From the human T2T-CHM13v2.0 reference genome, Homo sapiens, in assembly GCF_009914755.1 (NCBI RefSeq), contig NC_060941.1: a DNA stretch of 64,000 nt; one strand, given 5' to 3'. The position numbers and the translations under genes are program-made. Of the stretch, positions 53,761 to 64,000 are shown piece by piece (positions within the stretch are counted from its first letter, which is position 1; each line of letters opens with the position of its first letter). The notes under the pieces are model-generated. The model was not told the DNA's origin, did not search any database, and was given only the letters and a program-made list of their open reading frames with translations.

Positions 53761-55719
53761 AGTTGAGTGTAAAAGAAAAAAGAGGTGGGCGTTGGAGGGT
53801 TGACAATGAAAACGCCAAACATTGGGAATTATTATAGATTTCTTTGGAGAGAACTGCGGTGTAATGTCAGTCCCATTCTCCTCTTGGCAGAAAGGAGGGC
53901 ATGTTTTTTCCTTACCTCAAGCCTAATGAGAGAAACACTGAATAGATCACCCACTAAGAGAGTTCAATATGTGCCCTATGTGATGGGGAGAACAAAGAGG
54001 TTGGAATCTTAGCTCAAGCTTGGAAGAGAAGGAAAAGTGTTTACTGGAGGAGAGGGTGGCTGCAGCTCCCTGTGGCAGAAGAAATCACTGTGTTTGAGCC
54101 ATCATTGCACCACTACAAAGGTCAAAAGTGTGCTCTTCCAAATAACTCAGGAAGGGTGGGGTTGCTTTAAAAGAACCCTGCCCACTGAACTTCTTGCATG
54201 GAGCAAGGAGACTTCAGCAGAAAAAGGTGGAGGGCATACTGTCAAGTGCCTGACGGAGGGGGAGGGAGATCATAGCAGTTAGCCTACGAGACCTCCTACC
54301 TGGGTTAAAGGATGCAGTCATAGGGCCCAGGAGGGGAACTTCCAGCATCCCATGCTAGCCCTGAGAGAAGAGTCAGCTCTAGGCGTCTGACACAGCCAGT
54401 ACCATGACTAGCCCAGACTCTTCCTGCACTGCCCTCACCCCCCATAATCCTAGGGGAGCCAAAGAGAGCCAGGCAGGGAGAGTGGAGGTCCCAGGAGGCA
54501 CCCTCAAGGGTGAGCCATCAGGCAAAACTTCTATGGATTTCTGGAAGCTCCAGTCCAGGGAATCAGTTTCCAAAACTTAGTAAAAGGAAGATGAAATATA
54601 ATGAAACTCATTATTTTTTTCCTTTAGATAAACATGAATTATTCACTAAAGATCTAAATTCTGATTTATTACAGCTTCAGATTTATCAGGGAGAAAAAGT
54701 GTGGGGTTTTTTTTTCCCCCTTTTTGTCTCCGTCTCTGGAGGGGAAATATGACCTCACCGTGCTTAGCAATACAAACACTAAGTGTGATGGTCACCTTTA
54801 GTCATGGAAGAGGGTGAACTGCCTATGGGCCAGGGTGCTAAACAGTGTGGTTATTTACATAGTTCTGGAGTTGGTCGTGAATGCTAATGCTCTCATGCCT
54901 CTGCTGCCTGAATGTGGCAATTGTCCTCTCCAATGGAGAGAAAAATATATGACCTTTTGTGAAGATCTTAATGTCAGCTGTTACATTCCTTTCAAAGGGC
55001 GTTAGTGGTCTAATTAACCTACCTACTGATTCTGAAATCTGACCTTCACAAGACAGTGAGGTGGTGAAGTTCTCTCTGAACCTGGTTGGGGAGGGGTAAG
55101 GATGAGATCGTCCTGTGGCCAAGGAGTTAAACCCAAGGATGGGTTTGATTGAGCCCATGGCTTGGTTGAGGTCCTGTGTATGTTATTCCTTTTGTTCCAA
55201 GAGCTGCATTACCCCCTCATGACAAGTCGCTGTTGGAGGTCACTGGGGCACCAAGAGCCCAGCCGAAGCAGGTGACTCCAACCCTCAGAGACAGAGGGCC
55301 CTCAAGTGTCTGAGCTCACTCCACTGCGAAGACTGCAACATTGCTTTGTTAACCTGGGGAGTGATGTCAGATTTAATTTTGCTGTCAAAGGCTTCGTAAA
55401 CCTCAGATGAAATGTATTCCAGAACCTAAATAATTCTTGCTGTTGTTATTGTTGTCCCTGAGATCAGGTCTTTTGTGATAATCTTTCATGACACTGGGTA
55501 CAACCATCCAACCCCCCCAGTGAAGGATGACTGGCTTGGTCAGTGTTGGCATGAAGGTAATCCATGACTCTCTCTCTCTCTTAGTGTAAACATATCTTCC
55601 CGGAGATTTGGCTTCAGACTTAGGATGGGAAAAGGAAGAAAGTGAAAAACATCTCACTTTACACATATACTGAGTGCTATTTAAGTGCACCCTAAATACC
55701 CGCATCTACTTTATTATTT

Positions 55720-56033
55720 TAATTTAATTTGTATTATTATTATTTTTAGAAATGAGATCTTGCTCTGTCATGTAGGCTGGAGTACAGTGGTACTATCCTA
55801 GCCCACTGCAGCCTCAAACTCCTGGGCTCAAGTGATCCTCCTGCCTCAGCCTCCTGAGTAGCTGGAGTAACAGTTGTGCACCACCATGCCTGGTTGATTT
55901 TTTTTTTTTTTTGGTAGAGATGGGGTCTTGCTATGTTGCCCAGGCTGGTCTTGAATTCCTGGGCTTAAGTGATCCTCCTACCTTGGCCTCCCAAAGTGCT
56001 GGAATTACAGGTGTGAGCCACTGTGCTTGGGCC
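55720..56033 (-). mobile_element. AluJ
   Basis: diverged dimer. Confidence 0.92.
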
Positions 56034-56101
56034 CTCCACATTTATTTCAGCCCTCATCACTCAACTGGTATAATACTTACTGGGTTAGGGGCCTGTACCC
56101 C

Positions 56102-56655
56102 TGTATCAGCTAGGACTCCTTTTTGCAAGTGTGAGAAGCCAAGTTGAGGCTTCTGTAACTGAAAAGACGAGACAGTGAGAAATCTTCAGGCATGGCTAGA
56201 TCGAAGGGTTCAAATCATGGCAACAGTACTCAGTCTCCAACTTTCCTCATTCTGCTTCTGGTTGGTGTCATTCTCTACAACAGATGACCCTCCCAAATCT
56301 CCAGGATTACTTTATCTCTATAGCCAACAGTTCCAATTTGAGTGAGAAGACAGCTCATTTTCCCCAAAACTGACAAAAACAACGACCACAAAAAACAAAA
56401 ACAACAAAAAAAGCCAACCTTCAGACTTAAATCCTATTGGTCTCTTAAAGGTCACATGCTCACGTCTGAGCCAATCAGTGCATCCAGGAGCTTGAGTGGC
56501 CAGGCCTGGGTCAACCTCTCAGTCCTCGGACCAGGCCTGGGTAGTCAGTTCCAACTGAACTGCGGGGACCTAATGTGAGAAGGGTGGTTCCCTGAAGGAA
56601 AATCCAGGTGTTGTCATCCAAAAGGAAGGGAGTGGATGCTGGGCAGAAAACCACA
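56102..56655 (-). mobile_element. MLT1K-type MaLR LTR
   Basis: tgtatcagctaggactc; ggtcacatgctcac..gagccaatca; ggatgctgggcag. Confidence 0.7.
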
Positions 56656-56659
56656 ACTG

Positions 56660-57160
56660 TTAAGAGCAAATCTTGGCTCTGCCTTTCTGAGCTCTTTAAG
56701 CTTGGGCAAGTTACTAAATGTTGCTGTGCTCAATTTCCTTTATTTTTTGAGACAGGATCTCACTCTGTTGCCAGGGCTGGAGTGCAGTGGTGCAATCACA
56801 GCTCACTGCAGCATCAACCTCCCGGGCTCAGGTGATCCTCCCACCTCCTGAGTAATTGGGATTATGGACTTGTGCTACCACACTGGGCTAATTTTTTGTA
56901 TTTTTTGTAGAGACATGGTCTCACTACATTGTCCAGGGTGGTCTCGAACTTTTGGGCTTAAGTTATCTGCCTGTCTCAGCCTCCCAAAGTGCTGGGATTA
57001 CGGGTGTGAGCCACCATGCTTGGCCAATTTCCTCGTTTTTAAAATTAGGGAAATAGTAGTTCATAAGATTAAATGAGGTGATCAATGCAAAGTGCTTAAT
57101 GCAAGCAGTAAACAGTTAAATGTCATACGTTACAATAATATATTAGCTATTGTTTTTATT
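56660..57160 (+). mobile_element. MIR split by an Alu
   Basis: cttgggcaagttact..caatttcct | caatttcctcgttttta..attaaatgag..aaagtgctta. Confidence 0.7.
56740..57025 (-). mobile_element. AluJ
   Basis: TSD caatttcct. Confidence 0.92.
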
Positions 57161-57569
57161 ATGAAAGCTCCCTGATATATAATAAATTAATCTAATATAT
57201 TAAAGAAATCTATTTCTGGTGTCTAGTATAATGCCCAACACATAGGAAATATGCAACAAATGGCTGTGAAGTGGATGAATAAGGACTCTCAAAACTTTGA
57301 AATCATCATGTCATCTCTGACTATAAAGAAACAATATAGAGAATTTAGGATAATTTTATTTTATTATTTTGAAATATGTCGGACATACAGATGAATGAAT
57401 CAAACATGTAACTACATCCTAAAGAAGAATAATGAGGTGACACCCAAGTGAGTACCAACCAGAGATTTGCAGAGGGGTCTTCACCAATCATTGAAAAATT
57501 AACCAATAGAAACAGAGGTGTAAATAACAAGTGATTGAATTAGCAGATGAGGACATTAAACCGTGATTA

Positions 57570-58763
57570 CAGCTAGACCCCCTTATCCATAGGGAATAAG
57601 TTCCAAGACCCCCAGTGGATGCCTGAAACCACAGATAGTACCGAGCAAAGGCAGATAATTTTTTATTTTCTTTTTGAGAGCATGTGTGTCCTTTGCTGTG
57701 TATACTACACCTGGCTATATCATATGCCCTGCAGTATTGTCACATGGCAACAGAGCTAATCTGTCCTTCCATGTTTTCTGCCCTGGTACTTCCTTTGCAC
57801 TTTTATGAATGTAGGTTCTATTGCCCATCTTCTCCCAGAAAAGCCAGATTTCATTGCAATTGAAGACTTGCTTTGGAGGGTATCCTTTCTCGTTAATTAA
57901 CTTCTTCAACTTTGCCAGAAATGTGGCAGCAACTTCTTCATTGGCAGATGCGGCCTCTCTAGTAGTATTTCTATTTTTCAGTCCAAACCTATTCCTGGAT
58001 CTGTTTAACCATCCCTCACTTGCAGTAAATGGCTCGTTGTCGCTCATTTCAGGGGATCCCTTGCTGAAGTCTTTGTATGAACTCAATGCTTTCTGCTGCA
58101 ACATGTTGCCACCAATCAGGACATGTTTCTGTTCGTGTCTTCCACCCACAAATTTAATTCCTTTTTCATCTTAACTAAGCACTTACCAGGCGCTGTGGCC
58201 GTAACTTTTGTAGTTTGAGGTGCAACAGCAAAACTAGCATGAATCTCTTTTTCCGTCTTCACAATTTCACGGATAGAAGATTCATTCTTACCATAGGTCT
58301 TAGCAACCTCAGCATAAAATTTTTTTCTTTCCTTATTAAGTCAAGAACTTTCATCTTTTTCACTCAAAGGAAGTACTTTATGCTTCTCTTTGGCATATTG
58401 GAATTGCTAGCAACACTACCCTTGCACTTTGGGGCCATTATTAAGTAAAATAAAAGTTCCTTGAACACAAGAACTGCCGTACCTATACCTGACGGTTGAT
58501 CTGATAACCGAGCAGGCTACCCAGTGACTAGCAGGGTGGGTGGTGTAGATGGCATGGATACACTGGACAAAACGATGATTCATGTCCTGGCCGGCACAGA
58601 GCAGGGTGGCGTGAGATTTTATCACACTACTCAGAACAGCGTGTACCTTAAAACTTATGAATTGTTTATTTCTGGGATTTTCCATTTAATATTTTCAGAC
58701 TGCAAGTGATCATGGGTAACTGAAACCATGGAAAATGAAACTGTGGATGAGGAAGAACTAGTG
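57570..58763 (-). mobile_element. Tigger7/MER44-family DNA transposon, internally deleted
   Basis: both termini present (cagctagacccccttatcc..; ..gtggatgaggaagaactagtg); TA TSD at 57568-69 and 58764-65; flanking old L1 continues across it. Confidence 0.85.
57715..58149 (-). pseudogene. Tigger/pogo (CENP-B-like) transposase remnant
   Basis: FTASEGWLNR (CENP-B HTH end), QVFNCNEIWLFW (degenerate VFNxDETGLFW), KDRLALL. Confidence 0.85.
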
Positions 58764-58852
58764 TATAAATTTGCTCCAGACGTTAAGACATGTGGAGGAG
58801 ATCATGAGCATAATGGGGAGAGAATGGAAGGCATAAAAAAAGAAAACAACTA

Positions 58853-58912
58853 CAGCTTGGGCGACAGAGCAAGACCCTATCTCTAAAAAAATAAAAATAA
58901 ATAAAAATAAAT
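58853..58912 (+). mobile_element. Severely 5'-truncated Alu
   Basis: cagcttgggcgacagagcaagaccctatctc + A tail. Confidence 0.8.
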
Positions 58913-59407
58913 TTAAAGCAACCAAATAGAACTTTAAAAAGTATAAATTAAAATACCTGAAATGAAAAATATATCGAATGGCTGGTCTGGCATGCAAGGA
59001 GCTTAGCAGTCAGCACTCCATCCTAGACAGCAAGTAAAAGCTTTATAAACTGAAAAATCAAGTCTTCTAGATCTGTCAAAGAAGTGAGGTCCTAAGGCAA
59101 ACTGCCATCCCCGAAATTAGACAGACAAACAGATACAGAGAATCACAACCTACCAGAGCAGAAACCATCAGGAGCCAGCACTAGGGTAGGAAAACCTAAA
59201 TTATAATTGACAAATTCCTGGAGGGTCAGTAGGGACAGGTCTGAAAGTTGAAAACTCCAGGGGACCCTGTGATAGAGGAACCCCCATGCTTTTGTAGTTT
59301 TACCTGCAGGAGCACTACCCGGACCTCAAAGTCAATATCGGACAAAAACTGCCTCAAGCTTCTGGCAGAAGGAAGAGAAAGGACCCATTTTTAAATGTGC
59401 CAGAGCA

Positions 59408-59410
<3 letters not shown>

Positions 59411-59460
<50 letters not shown>
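59411..59460. repeat. (TG)25 microsatellite
   Basis: uninterrupted TG run. Confidence 0.97.
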
Positions 59461-59462
<2 letters not shown>

Positions 59463-59814
59463 GTTCCTTTCAGATCCAGATCTACAGAACATTCTGTTGT
59501 TCCTAACAAGGCCTACCCTCAGAAGTAACTATTTTACCAGATCCTAACCTGCTGGGGTGTATCAGAGCCGAACCTACTCGGAGAAAGGAAAATGCTCAAC
59601 TCTGGCTGCTTTTAGCCATCCACATGGCAGAAGGGAAATACCCAATTCCAGCCCCATCTAGCCATCCTGTCCCACATAAGGAGTTGGGGTTGGAGACATC
59701 TGAGAAACAATGGTGAAATTCACAGTCCAGGGGCAAAGGCTCACCAAAAGACAAAGACCTAACTATAAAATTATAGAAGTCTTCCCCTCCCTCTGCCATA
59801 CCTTACTTCTATAT

Positions 59815-60130
59815 TACTTTTTAAATATTTTATTTTATTTTTTTATTTTAGATAGGGTCTTGCTCTGTCACCCAGGCTGGAGTACAGTGATGTAATCATA
59901 GCTCACTGTAATCTTGAACTCCTGGGCTCAAGGGATCCTCCTGCCTCAGCCTCCCAAGTAGTAGGACTACAGGTGCATGCTACCATGCATGGCTAATTTA
60001 AAAATTTTTTGTAGAAACAGGGTCTTGCTGTGTTGTCCAGCCGAGTCTCCAACTCCTGGCCTCAGGCAATCCTCCCACCTCAGCCTCCCAAAGCACTGGG
60101 ATTAAAAGATGTGAGCCACCATGCTTGGCT
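59815..60130 (-). mobile_element. AluJ
   Basis: diverged dimer. Confidence 0.92.
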
Positions 60131-60221
60131 CACCTCTATATTACTAAAGGTCTATTTAGTGCAGTTCCTTTTACCCAGTACATCACGTCCACCTTCCAAC
60201 AAAAAATTATGAGGCACACTA

Positions 60222-60527
<306 letters not shown>

Positions 60528-60975
60528 CTAAAAGACAAACAAACAAACAAAAAACCTCATCATTTGAAGAGACTACACAAGCATCAGAACCAGGATCAGA
60601 TATGGCAGGAACATTGAAATTATCCCACGAGTAATTTTTTTAAATGATGATGAACATGCTGAGGGCTTTAATGGAAAAACAGACAATATTAAAGAACAAA
60701 TGGATAATGTAAGCAGAGAGATGAACATTCTAAGACAGAATTAAGAAAGAGTGCTAGAGATCAAAAACACTGTAACAGAAATGAAGGATGGTTTTGGTGG
60801 ACTCATTATGGCTAAAGATGTGGCTAAAGAATGATTCTCTGAGCTTGAGGATATGACAATAGAAACTTCCAAAAGTGAAAAAAGAGAAAAAAAGACAAAA
60901 CAAAACCACAACAGAATATCCGTGATGAGCTGTGGGACCACTAAAAAAAGGAATAACAGACATAATGGGAATTTT

Positions 60976-61805
<830 letters not shown>

Positions 61806-61807
61806 CA

Positions 61808-62171
61808 TCCATATTCCTGGATTCTGTGTCCATGGATTCAACCAACTGTGGGTTGAAAATACTTGAAAAAAAATGGATGGTTGTGTCTGTGGTGAACATG
61901 TACACACTTTTTTCTTGCTATTATTTTCTAAACAATACAGGATAACAACTATTCACTTAGTATTTACATTGTATTAGGTATTATAAGTAATCCAGAGATA
62001 ATTTAAAGTATAGTGGAGAATATGTGGAGGTTTACACAAATATATAGTGGAGGATGTTGTGTAGGTTGTACAAATACTATACCCTGTTATATAAGGGGCT
62101 TGGGCATCCTTGGACATTGGCATCTCTGGGGGTCCTGGAACAAATCCTCCATGGATACTGAGGGGCAACTG
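61808..62171 (-). mobile_element. MER2
   Basis: catggattcaaccaactgtgg; gtattaggtattataagtaatc; ends atggatactgaggggcaactg. Confidence 0.88.
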
Positions 62172-62228
62172 AACTTGGGTATAAATCCAACAAAATATGT
62201 GTAACATTATTGAAACGACAAAACTCTA

Positions 62229-62291
62229 AGCTGGTCGGATGGTAGTGGGTTATCAGAACTTATTAACACTAGTGTCACTAAAGTTTGGTAT
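62229..62291 (+). pseudogene. RNY4P: Y4 RNA (RNY4) retropseudogene, 5' ~63 nt only
   Basis: agctggtcggatggtagtgggttatcagaacttattaacactagtgtcactaaagtttggtat matches recalled hY4 5' GGCUGGUCCGAUGGUAGUGGGUUAUCAGAACUUAUUAACAUUAGUGUCACUAAAGUUGGUAU with about 4 differences. Confidence 0.93.
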
Positions 62292-62983
62292 TTTCCATAT
62301 TTATGAATAGGAAACTTCAATATTATCAAGATGTTAATGCTTCCCAACTTGACCTATAGATTCAATGCAATCCCAATGAAAATTCCAGCATGTTATTTTG
62401 TGGATATAAACAAATTGATTCTCAAGTTTATAGAGAGAGGCAAAGGATCTAGAACAGTCAACTCAATATTGAAAAAGAACAGAGTTGGAAGACTAACACT
62501 ACCCAACTTCAAGACTTACTATGTACTGTATCGTTTACTTACCATGAAGCTACAGTAATCAAGACAGTGTGGTATTGGTGAAAAGGTAAACAAGTGGGTC
62601 AATGGAACAGAATAGACACCCCAGAAATAGACACAGTCAACTTATCTTTGTTAAAGTAGCAAAGGCAATATAATGGAACAAGGATTGTCTTTTCAGCAAA
62701 TGGTGCTGGAACAACTGGATATCTACATGCAAAAAATGAATCTGGACTGACTTTATACTCTCCATAAAAGTTAACTCAAAATGGATCATAGACCTAAATG
62801 TAAAATGCAAAACTAAAATTCCTAGAATATAGCACAGGAGAAAACATAGGTGACCTCGGGTATGTCAATGACTTCTTAGGTACAACACCAATGGCACAAT
62901 TCACAAAAGGCATAATTGATAAGCTGGATATTATTAAAATTAAAAACATCTGCTCTCCCAAAGAAAATGTCAAGAGAATAAGA

Positions 62984-63286
62984 AGCCTGGCACAGTGGCT
63001 CATGCCTGTAATCCCAGCACTTTGGGAGGTCACAGCAGAAATACTGCTTGAGCTCAGGAGTTTGAGACCAGCTTGGACAATATAGTAAGACCCTGTCTCT
63101 ACAAAAAAATTTTTTTAAAAAATTAGTCAGGTGTGGTGGCACATCCCTGTAGTCCCAGGTACTTGGAAAGTTGAGATGGGAGGATCACTTGAGCCGGGAG
63201 TTGGAGACACAGTGAGCTATGATCATGCCACTACACTCCTCCCTGAGTGACAGAGTGAGACCACATCTCTAAAAAGAAAAAGAAAA
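62984..63286 (+). mobile_element. AluJ
   Basis: full dimer. Confidence 0.92.
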
Positions 63287-63568
63287 TGAACAACCCGAAT
63301 TTAAAAATGGGCAAAGGACTGTAACAGACGTTTCACTTAAAAAATATATATAGATGGCAAGTAGGCACATGAAACGAAGTTTAACATGTCATTAGGAAAT
63401 TGAAAGTTGAAACAACAATTGAGGTGCTACTACACACCCATTAGAATGGCTCACATCCCGAAACTGACAACACCAGATGCTGACTGAGGAGGATGTAGAT
63501 CAATAGGAACTCTCATTTATTGTCGGTAGGAATGCAAAATGATACAGTCACTTTACATGATGGTTTGA

Positions 63569-64000
<432 letters not shown>

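Noticed and set aside
62331-62558. Reverse-transcriptase-like CDS (also 5175-5471, 63644-63961)
   Set aside because: Short open patches of degenerate L1 ORF2 surrounded by stops and frameshifts.

Overview
Primate (human-like) genomic DNA, Alu-dense (about 50 Alu copies or fragments, roughly a fifth to a quarter of the window by eye). I see no CpG island, no recognisable protein-coding exon and no intact RNA gene, so it reads as intergenic or deep intronic sequence; I could not identify the locus. Nearly all supplied ORFs are Alu/L1/LTR read-throughs. The window is a layered stack of old L1M, L2 and MIR fragments, MaLR/ERVL solo LTRs (THE1D, MSTA and MLT1A keep perfect 5-bp TSDs), DNA-transposon fossils (MER2 x2, MER58A, ORSL-like, MER53, Tigger7/MER44 with a 144-aa transposase remnant) and a few repeat-free islands that may be enhancers. 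The most notable details: a tailless 5' Y4 RNA retrocopy replacing L1 sequence, a 53-bp orphan insertion with a long TSD inside an Alu, a tailless Alu 5' fragment inside MER2, a perfect 18-bp palindrome, a 67-bp tandem duplication, a degenerate ~20-bp minisatellite, two microsatellites arisen inside local duplications, and an internally inverted L1. I found no support for a new multi-gene biological system. Repeat family names come from recalled consensus sequences, not a database run; boundaries without a stated TSD are approximate.
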